A stretch of 64,000 nt of DNA from a virus. Shown here one piece after another: positions 29,431 to 38,999 of the stretch. Location: positions 120,825 through 184,824 of IMG/VR virus record IMGVR_UViG_3300008259_004660, one strand, 5' to 3'. Both the position numbers and the translations under genes were made by a program. Positions within the stretch are counted from its first letter, which is position 1. Each line of letters begins with the position of its first letter. A model generated the notes under the pieces. It had not been told where the DNA came from. It was given only the letters and a program-made list of their open reading frames with translations, and ran no database searches.

Positions 29431-32400
29431 ATGGACATTTCTATAACCAATCTCAAAAAGTATGTTTTTGAGCCTAAGACAGAGTCTTTGCGACTAAAGC
29501 GTGCCAATGAGATATTGGGGCAGGGAATGATTGCTACGGAAAAAGTGGATGGCACAAAACTTACTCTTGTTCGTACTAATCAGACTGATCCGAATGATTA
29601 TACCAAGAATTGGGTTGTAGCATATAAGGGAACTGTATTATATCCAAAAGAGTTTGCATACCTTACTCCACAGGGAAAAAAAGATATATCTCAATCATCT
29701 GTTGGTATAGGCCAATATGCTTTGATTTTTGATCATTTGGAAAAAATCAATAACAAGATTGCTAGTATTCCAAAAAGCACGGAGTTCAGTGTTGAATTTG
29801 CGCAGAACAAGGATACTCTCACAAGAACATATGTTCAGAAAGGTGGAATGTTCTTAAGAAGTTATGGTGAGGTGTCATATCGTATTGTTGGTGGTGGGTT
29901 GAATACTGTTCCGAAACAAGAGATCACAGACTATACCAACGTAAAAAGAATGGCAGATCTTTTGGAAATTAGCGCGTTTCCTATTTTCTTTCAGGGCAAA
30001 ATAACAAGAGAAAATGTAGCAAAATATCCATCAATTGCGCCAAAAATGATGAGCGCCGATTGGAATAATCCATTGGATGTGTTAACCAAGTTTTCTGATG
30101 CTATGCTGTCTATACCATCTACTCTTGGTGGTACAACGGAGGGCGTGGTACTGAAACTTGATAATGGAAGCTTTTACAAAATTGTTCAAGCTGACCAATA
30201 TAGCTCTGATGTAAGAGGTGCTAAGAAAGATTTGTATAAACTTGAGCCAGAAGCGGCCACATCATATTTCCAACAGATCAGAGCACTTATTCAAAAAGTA
30301 TTTGATACCATTGGCACGGATGGAAAGACAGAAGAAGATATCATATCCGACACAAACTTTTACATTGCCAAAAATGAAAAAAGCTTGGCTAAATTTTTTG
30401 ATGCATTGCAGAAGATTGCTGGAAACAAAAAGAACCTCGTACAGATCAAGGATGATATTCACGACACTGTTCGTCTTATGACTTCAAAGCAGGAACTCCT
30501 TGGGTCAAAAACAAAATCAATCGCGCTTCTTCCTATTGCTGGCAAACCACTACACATTGGACATTGGAAACTGATTGAAAAGGCGGCAAATGAAAATGAT
30601 AATGTTGTGGTCTATACATCAACAACCGACCGTGTGCGTAAAGGAGAATTTCCGATATATGGCGATGATTTTGTGCAGATATGGAGTGATATGCTCATTC
30701 CATCATTGCCAAAGAATGTAAAAGTGAAATTTGTTGATTCTCCATTAAGATCTGTCATGCATGAACTTGGATGGTTTGAACAAAGACTTACTCAAGACGC
30801 TGCAAATGTACCAGTCATTAATCTATATTCAGACAAAGAGGATATTGAAACAAATTTCAAGCAAGAAGATCTGAACAAGTATCCAGAATTATTGAAAGCT
30901 GGAAAGATCAATAAAGTTGGCGTAGAAAGAACAAGTACGGTCAATGTCAGCGGCACAAAGATGAGAGAATTCTTGCAGAACAATGACAAGGACTCCTTCA
31001 TGAAATATTTACCTCCTATATCAACCAAGGATAAAGAACAAATATGGAATATTCTTTCATCTCGCAGACCAAGTGATCTTGCTGAAATAAATCCATACGC
31101 TGTATTGGCTGAAAAACTGATTAATGAAGTTGCAAATGAAATATTGAATGAAGGCGGATGGAGAAATCCAGAGACACAAGAATGGGAAGTTACACCAAAG
31201 ATGGTGGCAAAGATCGTGGAAGACACTAACAAATTTTTGAATGATTTCAATGCATGGTCTGGATTATCCAAGTTGTCAACCAAAGGTCCGACAGGAAGTG
31301 GAAAATATTACAAGAACGACTTGAATGATCCAAGTATAACTTATGGAGATATTGATATTCAACTTGTATTGCCCGTTGAAAGCAATGAAAGAAAAAATCA
31401 ATTAGAAGCCAATAAAATTTTTGGAGACAAGATCCGTGAGTTCATAAAGACCAAAAAACCAAGCTATATTCACGACGCAACAAATGATCCAGATTTTGGA
31501 ATTGGATACTTGATATTCAATGTGGATGGTAAAAAAGTTCAAGTTGATCTTGTACTATCATATACTGTTTCAGCTGATTGGACGAGTGTAAGAACAACGC
31601 CAGAAAAAGGATTGAAGGGATTTGTCACAGGAATGATGTTAAGTGCATTGAGTGACACATTGAATGTTGTTCTTGGGTCAAGCACCAATCCGTATATCAA
31701 CACTGTTGATGGAAAGGTTGTATCATCCTCAATCAAGAAAGATGCTGTGCAAAAATTCCTAAAGCCAAATGAAGTATTTGCCGAGATTGTACGATTTTAT
31801 GGTGAAATGGCGGACATTGAAAACCCAGACTTATCTTTATTGGTTGGTTATATGGGCCTTGATGCCAACGACCCTTCATTAAAAAAGAAATGCCAAACCG
31901 TGGTTGCTTTGGCAAATACACTTGAAAAGAATGGAATATTTGACGCTGGAGTCATAACCTCCAAGGATGGTATAACAATCAAAAGCAGAAAACAATTTGT
32001 TGATCGCGTAAGAACCACATACATCGATATGATGCAGCGAGCAAAAACAGCCAAAAAACTTGAAAAAGCACAAACACCAAGCGCCATGAGAACAATAGAA
32101 AAAATAAAAAATCATGCTGATCTGGGAATACAGATGGCAAACGAACTTATCAAAGAACATTATACACTTCTGATGGAATCTGGTAAATCCATAGCCGCCG
32201 TGGACCCAAAAACGCCAAAGATGGTAAATGGTCAGCCAGCACAGGCAACAACCAAATTAAGAATTGTTGATCCGCAGGGCAAGGATGTGCATTCAGCAGT
32301 GTCAAAGGACATCAAGGAACTTGTGTATGTATTGAATGCCAAGGTCGGTTTTTGGAAAAAGAATAATCCGTACATTGAAAATGGATTTATATTCAATGGT

Positions 32401-33333
32401 AGTTCACAATTTCTAATGGATCCAAACAAGTTTGGTGTGTTGAGCAAATACAAAGATTCTTTTGGTGACATAGATGTTATCATTCCAAAATCAAAATTGG
32501 ATGCTTTGACATCATTTTTGGACAGCATTGATGACAATAAAGCTGATTGGAATCCGACAACTCAAAACAGATTGTCTAGTAAGTTTTATTATGTTGGACG
32601 CACGAAGAGTTATGCATCCATTCCAGATCAACTTGTAACACTTTGGTATTATGATCCAATGAAGCAAGTTGTTCAAGTGGACTTTGAAGGTGATGAAATG
32701 TTTCTTGATCCGCAAGGATATGAAAAGCCAAGCGAGTGGACAAAATTCAGCAAAGATTCTCCGTGGGAAGATTTGACCGTAGGTATCAAGGGATTGGCTG
32801 GGGCATTAATGCTTCGCTCATTAGCAAGAGCAACAACAGTATTACCAAATGCAGTTGTGTTGACGCCGGGCGCAGTCAAGAAAGTTCAGTCTGGTGCAGT
32901 CAAGGAACTTACCGATAAGGAAGTTACTAAAGCAGCACAGCACAGTATTCCATCTGCATACACATTAAATACTGGCGGTGGTGGTACTGGTATACGTAAG
33001 GCATACGAATTAGTAAAGACAATGCCATATAATGGGAAGATGGTTGATGCATATAGATTTGTGGAAGCCAAAGAAACAAAACCAGAAGACAGAATCACGG
33101 ATGTTGGCAGAATATTTGAAATATTGTTCAAAAAGAAAGCATCGCCTGAAGAAAGAGCTGAATTTCGCAGCTATCAGGGACTGTTAAGACTAATGAAGAA
33201 ATATTTGGACAAGAAAACCATCGACATTGCTATGAATAGATTCACGGAAGTTTTGGCTGGCGAAGGTTTAAATCCAAAGGAATATGCTTCTGTGCAAAAG
33301 GCTACGAAAGATATTCTTGGATTGTCTATATAA
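29431..33333 (+). CDS. 1300-aa multidomain protein: ligase-type nucleotidyltransferase + HIGH-type nucleotidyltransferase + two Pol-beta-superfamily nucleotidyltransferases
   Basis: ATEKVDGTK (KxDG) with EGVVLK and YKIV; AGKPLHIGH (HxGH); TGSG...YGDIDIQ...VQVDL; NGSS...FGDIDVI...VQVDF. Confidence 0.75.
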   Translation: MDISITNLKKYVFEPKTESLRLKRANEILGQGMIATEKVDGTKLTLVRTNQTDPNDYTKNWVVAYKGTVLYPKEFAYLTPQGKKDISQSSVGIGQYALIFDHLEKINNKIASIPKSTEFSVEFAQNKDTLTRTYVQKGGMFLRSYGEVSYRIVGGGLNTVPKQEITDYTNVKRMADLLEISAFPIFFQGKITRENVAKYPSIAPKMMSADWNNPLDVLTKFSDAMLSIPSTLGGTTEGVVLKLDNGSFYKIVQADQYSSDVRGAKKDLYKLEPEAATSYFQQIRALIQKVFDTIGTDGKTEEDIISDTNFYIAKNEKSLAKFFDALQKIAGNKKNLVQIKDDIHDTVRLMTSKQELLGSKTKSIALLPIAGKPLHIGHWKLIEKAANENDNVVVYTSTTDRVRKGEFPIYGDDFVQIWSDMLIPSLPKNVKVKFVDSPLRSVMHELGWFEQRLTQDAANVPVINLYSDKEDIETNFKQEDLNKYPELLKAGKINKVGVERTSTVNVSGTKMREFLQNNDKDSFMKYLPPISTKDKEQIWNILSSRRPSDLAEINPYAVLAEKLINEVANEILNEGGWRNPETQEWEVTPKMVAKIVEDTNKFLNDFNAWSGLSKLSTKGPTGSGKYYKNDLNDPSITYGDIDIQLVLPVESNERKNQLEANKIFGDKIREFIKTKKPSYIHDATNDPDFGIGYLIFNVDGKKVQVDLVLSYTVSADWTSVRTTPEKGLKGFVTGMMLSALSDTLNVVLGSSTNPYINTVDGKVVSSSIKKDAVQKFLKPNEVFAEIVRFYGEMADIENPDLSLLVGYMGLDANDPSLKKKCQTVVALANTLEKNGIFDAGVITSKDGITIKSRKQFVDRVRTTYIDMMQRAKTAKKLEKAQTPSAMRTIEKIKNHADLGIQMANELIKEHYTLLMESGKSIAAVDPKTPKMVNGQPAQATTKLRIVDPQGKDVHSAVSKDIKELVYVLNAKVGFWKKNNPYIENGFIFNGSSQFLMDPNKFGVLSKYKDSFGDIDVIIPKSKLDALTSFLDSIDDNKADWNPTTQNRLSSKFYYVGRTKSYASIPDQLVTLWYYDPMKQVVQVDFEGDEMFLDPQGYEKPSEWTKFSKDSPWEDLTVGIKGLAGALMLRSLARATTVLPNAVVLTPGAVKKVQSGAVKELTDKEVTKAAQHSIPSAYTLNTGGGGTGIRKAYELVKTMPYNGKMVDAYRFVEAKETKPEDRITDVGRIFEILFKKKASPEERAEFRSYQGLLRLMKKYLDKKTIDIAMNRFTEVLAGEGLNPKEYASVQKATKDILGLSI

Positions 33334-33341
33334 TAAAATAC

Positions 33342-33368
33342 GCGGCAACCTATTATGAACTTTGCCGC
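33342..33368 (+). other. Intergenic inverted repeat GCGGCAA-N13-TTGCCGC (possible terminator or operator)
   Basis: 7-bp perfect inverted repeat 9 nt after the polyprotein stop; no clear U-tract. Confidence 0.4.
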
Positions 33369-33393
33369 ATATATATCTTAAAGGTTTTATAAT

Positions 33394-34017
33394 ATGAAGA
33401 AAAATATAGATATTGTCAGAGATTATTTGAACGGTGAACGCCCTGTGATACAGGTTGGATATCGTGGTGATATGGACAAATATATCATCAGAAAAGTTGG
33501 AGAACGTTGGACTGATTCCAGTGGAAAAGAATGGGAACAAAAAGATTATGGACCCGTTGCCGTGACGAGAGTTTCGGATATTATCCGCGAGGAAATGAAT
33601 GATAAATGTGTATGTTGTAAGAAAGAAATAAGATGGGGAACAAGACAAGATCGTAAAATGTATTATCGTACAAAGAAATGTTTGGATTGTGTTGTGGAAG
33701 AAGAAACTCAATTAAAAATCAAAGGAAAATACAAATTGTACGAAACCAAGAAACTGCTTGAGAATGAACTATCGTATTTAAATGATATTCGACAGAAGCT
33801 AAAAGAGAGCAAGGATTATCTTGAAAGTGAAGATTCAAAGACCCTTACATGGGCAAATTCAACAGGTATGGTTGAAGAATGGAGTAATGAAGCAAGAGGA
33901 GAATTACTTGAAAACGTCAAAAAAGATTTTGTGACTTGTTTGAAAAAAATAAAAGCGGCTGAAAAGGAGTTGAAGAAAGTAGATGGAGAAATTAGCAAAG
34001 TTCTTACCCCAAGCTGA
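33394..34017 (+). CDS. Hypothetical protein with CxxC...CxxC and a C-terminal coiled coil
   Basis: CVCC and CLDC pairs; 207 aa; two genes upstream of the large terminase. Confidence 0.7.
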   Translation: MKKNIDIVRDYLNGERPVIQVGYRGDMDKYIIRKVGERWTDSSGKEWEQKDYGPVAVTRVSDIIREEMNDKCVCCKKEIRWGTRQDRKMYYRTKKCLDCVVEEETQLKIKGKYKLYETKKLLENELSYLNDIRQKLKESKDYLESEDSKTLTWANSTGMVEEWSNEARGELLENVKKDFVTCLKKIKAAEKELKKVDGEISKVLTPS

Positions 34018-34372
34018 TGTAATTGATGCATTGGCTCATAGGGTGAAATCAAGATTTTCATCGTCCGATGGGAAATGTGAATACATGGCCCAAGAACTTG
34101 TAAAGGAACTAAGAAGCAGAGGAATAAGAGCGGAGCATGTGATGGGGATATTCACATTGGATGAACCGGGAGCATGGAAATATAGATCGGATGAAGATGA
34201 AAATTTGGATGAATATCAAGTCAATCACGATTGGGTAAATGTTGAAGGAAAAATATTGGATATATCAGCGGACCAATTCAAGAAATATGTTTATGTGAAC
34301 ATACCTGATGTGGTGTATATAAGTTACTCTGATCCATTATACAGATATTACGAGGAACTTGGACATGTCTGA
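33983..34372 (+). CDS. Small protein with a transglutaminase/papain-like Cys-His-Asp arrangement
   Basis: GKCEYMAQEL helix, VNHDWVNV strand, ILDISADQF; start codon uncertain (35-nt overlap upstream). Confidence 0.55.
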   Translation: MEKLAKFLPQADVIDALAHRVKSRFSSSDGKCEYMAQELVKELRSRGIRAEHVMGIFTLDEPGAWKYRSDEDENLDEYQVNHDWVNVEGKILDISADQFKKYVYVNIPDVVYISYSDPLYRYYEELGHV

Positions 34373-36011
34373 GGGTAAGACTAAAAATCTCAAAGATGTA
34401 ATCAGAGAAGAATACATCAAGTGCGCCAAAGATCCAATATACTTCATGAAGAAGTATGTGAAAATCCAACATCCTACACGCGGCACTTTGCCATTTATCA
34501 CATACCCATTTCAGGATAAAGCATTGGAAAACTTTGTTCATCATAACCAAAATATTATTCTTAAAAGCCGCCAAATGGGAATTACAACATTGGTAGCGGG
34601 ATATAGCATATGGTTGATGACGTTTCATAATGACAAACAGATACTTTGCTTGAGTATTACACAAGAAACATCCAAGGCAATTGTAACCAAAGTAAGATTT
34701 GCAAACGATAATTTACCAAGTTGGTTGAAAGTACCAGCAGTTGAAGATAACAGACTATCACTGAAACTAAAGAATGGATCCGAAATTAAAGCAGCAAGTA
34801 GTGCTGGTACATCTGGTCGTTCAAGTGCATTGTCATTGCTCGTAGTAGACGAAGCTGCGTTTATTGATAACATAGAAGAAATTTGGTTATCATCCCAATA
34901 CACATTATCAACGGGTGGTAAAGCAATTATCCTATCAACTCCGAATGGCGTAGGTAATTGGTTCCATAAGATGTGGACAGAATCCGAGGAAGGATTGAAC
35001 AGTATGAATAGAATCAGTCTTCCTTGGCATCTTCATCCAGAGCGAGATCAAAAATGGAGAGATGAACAAACCAAACTCTCTGGAGAAAGAGGAGCCGCCC
35101 AAGAATGTGATTGTGAATTCAGCACATCTGGTAACACTGTAATTGAAATTCCAATACTTGAATGGTACAGCAAGAATCAAGTAACAGAACCAATTGAAAA
35201 ACGGGGAATGGATAGAGGCTATTGGATATTTAAATATCCAGAAGCTGGAAAATCATATATGGTGAGCGCCGACGTAGCCCGTGGTGATGCATCAGATTAT
35301 AGCGCCGCTCAAATATTAGATATTGAAACAATGGAGCAAGTGGCAGAATATAAAGGAAAATTGCCAACCAAAGAATATGCTCGTGCGCTAATCACAATGG
35401 CAACAGAATACAATAATGCACTGCTTGTGATAGAAAACGCAAATGTTGGTTGGGCAGTCATACAGGAAGTATTGGACAACAGTTATCCAAATTTGTTTTA
35501 TAGTTCATCGGATCTTCAATATGTTGATGTCGAAAATCAAATGACCAACAAGATAAATGCGCAAGAAAAGAAGATGACTCCGGGGTTCACCACTTCAAAC
35601 AAGTCTAAGCCTCTTCTAATATCAAAGCTTGAAAGCTATTTCAGAAATAAGGAAGTTATTATTCATAGTAAAAGATTGGTTGAAGAATTACAAGTGTTTA
35701 TATGGAAGAGTGGTGCTGTGTCATCAAAGGCAGAAGCAATGGATGGATATAATGATGACCTTGTTATGTCTTTGGGAATTGGACTTTGGATAAGAGATGT
35801 CGCGCTAAGATTAAGAAAAGACTCAGAAACTATAACAAGAACCATACTTGATAGAATAGGGTCTACTTCAAATGACCAAGTAAAAGGCAACATGCAATCC
35901 TTGTATAGAAATACAAATCCATTTGGAACGCAGCCAAACCCGTGGCAAATGAAGGTTGGTGGTCATGGCTCAAGTCAGCAACCAATCGACTTAACATGGT
36001 TATTAAAATGA
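34359..36011 (+). CDS. terL: Terminase large subunit (T4 gp17-like)
   Basis: LKSRQMGITT Walker A, LLVVDEAAF Walker B, LSTPNG coupling motif, SADVARG RNase H nuclease, NDDLVM. Confidence 0.96.
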   Translation: MDMSEGKTKNLKDVIREEYIKCAKDPIYFMKKYVKIQHPTRGTLPFITYPFQDKALENFVHHNQNIILKSRQMGITTLVAGYSIWLMTFHNDKQILCLSITQETSKAIVTKVRFANDNLPSWLKVPAVEDNRLSLKLKNGSEIKAASSAGTSGRSSALSLLVVDEAAFIDNIEEIWLSSQYTLSTGGKAIILSTPNGVGNWFHKMWTESEEGLNSMNRISLPWHLHPERDQKWRDEQTKLSGERGAAQECDCEFSTSGNTVIEIPILEWYSKNQVTEPIEKRGMDRGYWIFKYPEAGKSYMVSADVARGDASDYSAAQILDIETMEQVAEYKGKLPTKEYARALITMATEYNNALLVIENANVGWAVIQEVLDNSYPNLFYSSSDLQYVDVENQMTNKINAQEKKMTPGFTTSNKSKPLLISKLESYFRNKEVIIHSKRLVEELQVFIWKSGAVSSKAEAMDGYNDDLVMSLGIGLWIRDVALRLRKDSETITRTILDRIGSTSNDQVKGNMQSLYRNTNPFGTQPNPWQMKVGGHGSSQQPIDLTWLLK

Positions 36012-36037
36012 TTATCTTATAAAAATATAACGAGTAT

Positions 36038-36046
36038 ATATTTATA
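36038..36046 (+). promoter_or_regulatory. ATATTTATA upstream element
   Basis: Intergenic, before the portal gene. Confidence 0.55.
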
Positions 36047-36075
36047 CTTTAGGCGCTCATATATATACAATACTT

Positions 36076-37989
36076 ATGGCTGATCAAAAAGACTTATTTA
36101 GTAGACTGAAAAAGATGTTCTCTACGGACGTTATTGTTCGTAATGTGGGCGGAAAGAAAATCAAAGTTGTAGACACAGATGAAATACAATACGCAACAGA
36201 CAGAAATAGTTTGCGCGACCGTTTTAATCGCTTAAGAAGTTCAACATATAATCTTCATAATCGCGATTTGAGCATGGCATATCAGTCAAGCCGTCTTGAG
36301 TTATTCAGAGATTATGATGTAATGGACATGGATCCTATCATTGCATCTGCATTGGATATTTATAGCGATGAATGCCTTGTACCAAGTGAGTTTGGTAATG
36401 TTCTTACTATTCGATCCAAGAATGAAAATATCAAGCGCATTCTTCATAATTTGTTTTATGACATAATGAATGTTGAGTTCAACATGTGGAGTTGGACTCG
36501 TAACATGTGCAAATATGGAGATTTCTTTTTGCGCATGGAAATATCTCCCGAGTATGGTGTGTATCTTGTTCATCCAATCAGTCCATATGAAATCACACGC
36601 ATAGAAGGTAGTGATCCAAAGAACATCAATTATGTAAAATACCAACATGATGGTGTTGGCGGCGGAATGGAATATGAAAATTTTGAAATCGCACACTTTA
36701 GACTTTTGAGCGACAGCAATTTTCTTCCATATGGAAAATCGATGGTTGAACCAGCACGCCGTGTATGGAAGCAATTGAGCTTAATGGAAGATGCCATGCT
36801 TATTCATCGTATCATGCGTGCACCAGAAAAGAGAATATTCTCAATTGACGTTGGCAATATTCCTCCTGCTGATATTGACACGGCGATGCAAAAAATCATC
36901 AGCCAAGTCAAGAAAGTTCCATACATTGATGAGAAAACAGGAGATTATAATCTAAGATTCAATCTTAACAACATGATTGAAGACTTTTATCTGCCTGTTC
37001 GTGGCAGTGACAGTGGAACAAAGATCGATACGTTGCCGGGAATGGAATTCACTGGTATTGATGATCTTGAGTATATTAGAAACAAAATGATGGCCGCACT
37101 CAAGATTCCAAAGGCGTTTCTTGGATATGAAGAAGGATTAAGTGGCAAAGCGACACTTGCGGCGGAAGATGTAAGATTTGCTCGTACTATTGGGCGCATT
37201 CAGCGCATTCTTATTTCCGAATTAACCAAAATTGCAATTGTTCATTTGTATGTTCAAGGATATCAAGATGCATCTCTTGTTGACTTTGAATTGGAACTAA
37301 GTAATCCAAGCACAATCTTTGAACAAGAAAAATTGGAAATTTGGCAAAATAAAATCAATCTTGCATCGGATATGAAAGATAGCAATATGTTTAGCAAGAC
37401 ATGGATGTATAACAATATATTCAATATGTCAGATGTTGACATTGAAACATTGCAGAATGAGGTTGTTGGTGATAAAAAAGAAGAATGGAGACTGCAACAA
37501 ATTACTGATGAGGGCAGCGATCCTGCGTTTGCAACTGGTGGAGGTGAAGGTGCTACTGGTGGAGGTGGTGCAGCACCTGAACTTGGTGGCGGTGAAGGCG
37601 GTGGGGCGGAGGCTGGTGGAGAAGCTGGTGGATTGCCTCCGCTTGAAGAAGAACAGAAAGCCGACGAAGCCATTATTGACGAAGAAACAAGAAAAGATCG
37701 TGAACGTGGAAATCGCGATCAAACAGGAAACAAGGAAAAATATACATCTTCGCACACCAAAAACTTTGGGGAAGATCCTCTTGGTAACAAAGAAAACAAA
37801 GAAAAATCAAAAACAGAACGCAGAACTCGTCATATATACAGAAGCTCTGGATTGTCTTTAGAAGAAGATTTGAAGAATATAAAAAACTCCTTGAAAAGCA
37901 AGCATGTTAATAAACAAAGAAAGGTAATTGTAGAAGGAAAATCCATATTAGATGAATCCAATATCATTGAAGAGGATAAACCTCTCTAA
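36076..37989 (+). CDS. gp20: Portal protein (T4 gp20-like) with a low-complexity C-terminal extension
   Basis: IASALDIYSDE, AMLIHRIMRAPEKRIF.IDVGN, EDFYLPVRG..SGTKIDTLPG, ALKIPKAFL. Confidence 0.95.
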   Translation: MADQKDLFSRLKKMFSTDVIVRNVGGKKIKVVDTDEIQYATDRNSLRDRFNRLRSSTYNLHNRDLSMAYQSSRLELFRDYDVMDMDPIIASALDIYSDECLVPSEFGNVLTIRSKNENIKRILHNLFYDIMNVEFNMWSWTRNMCKYGDFFLRMEISPEYGVYLVHPISPYEITRIEGSDPKNINYVKYQHDGVGGGMEYENFEIAHFRLLSDSNFLPYGKSMVEPARRVWKQLSLMEDAMLIHRIMRAPEKRIFSIDVGNIPPADIDTAMQKIISQVKKVPYIDEKTGDYNLRFNLNNMIEDFYLPVRGSDSGTKIDTLPGMEFTGIDDLEYIRNKMMAALKIPKAFLGYEEGLSGKATLAAEDVRFARTIGRIQRILISELTKIAIVHLYVQGYQDASLVDFELELSNPSTIFEQEKLEIWQNKINLASDMKDSNMFSKTWMYNNIFNMSDVDIETLQNEVVGDKKEEWRLQQITDEGSDPAFATGGGEGATGGGGAAPELGGGEGGGAEAGGEAGGLPPLEEEQKADEAIIDEETRKDRERGNRDQTGNKEKYTSSHTKNFGEDPLGNKENKEKSKTERRTRHIYRSSGLSLEEDLKNIKNSLKSKHVNKQRKVIVEGKSILDESNIIEEDKPL

Positions 37990-38015
37990 AATTGGGGTTT
38001 TTATCAACCATGCTC

Positions 38016-38024
38016 ATATTTATA
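38016..38024 (+). promoter_or_regulatory. ATATTTATA upstream element
   Basis: Intergenic, before ATG 38039. Confidence 0.55.
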
Positions 38025-38038
38025 AATAATAAAATTGT

Positions 38039-38674
38039 ATGAAGAAGCTGAAACACTCTAAGTATAAGAATGCAGGTATATTATTCGAATTGTTGGTGCG
38101 TCAAGTTACTGCCGACATTCTTAACGGCCAAGAGGACTCTAAAGCAAATGGAATTCTTCGTAAGTATTTCAGCGAGTCAACAGAACTTGGTAGAGAAAAT
38201 AGATTGTATAGAATCATTTTGGAAGAAAAAGCCAAGGATACATCAGCCGCCGACAGACTTCTTGAAACAATATTGCGCACCAGAAAAAAGCTTGATGAAA
38301 AAGCACTTAATGTTCAAAAATATAATTTGGTAAAAGAGATCAGTCGTCTTCTTGCATACAAGCTTCTTGTTGATTCATTCAATGAAAAGTACAAGGGATT
38401 GGACGATAAACAAAAAGTTCTTATTCGCGAATATATCAATAATGTAAGCAACACAAATTCATTGCGTGAATATATCAATGCCGAAGTTCCATTTGTTCGT
38501 GCGCAGATAATGGAATTGAAGAGTAAGGTTGATAATGATGTTATCAAGATCAAGCTTGATGAAACACTCAATCAATTGGACAAGATCACCAAGGGAACAC
38601 TTGTGAAGGAAAATCAAATCATGGCAATGCTACTCAGCTATGAACTTATTAAAGAATTAAAAAACCTAAAATAA
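38039..38674 (+). CDS. Conserved helical head-region protein (possibly internally shortened)
   Basis: MKKLKHSKYKNAGILFELLVRQ N-terminus; located between portal and protease; ATATTTATA upstream. Confidence 0.6.
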   Translation: MKKLKHSKYKNAGILFELLVRQVTADILNGQEDSKANGILRKYFSESTELGRENRLYRIILEEKAKDTSAADRLLETILRTRKKLDEKALNVQKYNLVKEISRLLAYKLLVDSFNEKYKGLDDKQKVLIREYINNVSNTNSLREYINAEVPFVRAQIMELKSKVDNDVIKIKLDETLNQLDKITKGTLVKENQIMAMLLSYELIKELKNLK

Positions 38675-38681
38675 TACACAT

Positions 38682-38999
38682 ATGACACGCAACGAACTCA
38701 AACAAATCATTAGAGAAACAATTGAAGGTGTTCAGGCAGAAGCTGCCAAAGTTTCACCGTCTGGTACAACATATACTTTCAATCAACTTAACAAATTGCT
38801 AAGAGCAAACAAAATCATTGTATTTATTAAGTCCACGTATGATCAAGGACTCATTCAGATTGATAATGAAGACGGATTTTTCATGGACGAAGGTGATGAT
38901 GGTGATCAAGCAGTACATGCTGCTGGGGGAGGTTACAAGTATGAATTTGGTGCAGACTTTGAAGAAGTATATGTTGCTCAAAAAGTGAATCTTAAATAA
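38682..38999 (+). CDS. Hypothetical protein with LKQIIRETIE N-terminal motif
   Basis: Tight packing; shared N-terminal motif. Confidence 0.7.
   Translation: MTRNELKQIIRETIEGVQAEAAKVSPSGTTYTFNQLNKLLRANKIIVFIKSTYDQGLIQIDNEDGFFMDEGDDGDQAVHAAGGGYKYEFGADFEEVYVAQKVNLK

Noticed and set aside
33394-34017. Calling this gene the small terminase subunit
   Set aside because: Only position supports it; no gp16-like motif recognised
38021-38028. Canonical T4 late promoter TATAAATA in sense orientation
   Set aside because: It overlaps ATATTTATA here and is not found in sense orientation before most other late genes; the recurrent element is ATATTTAT
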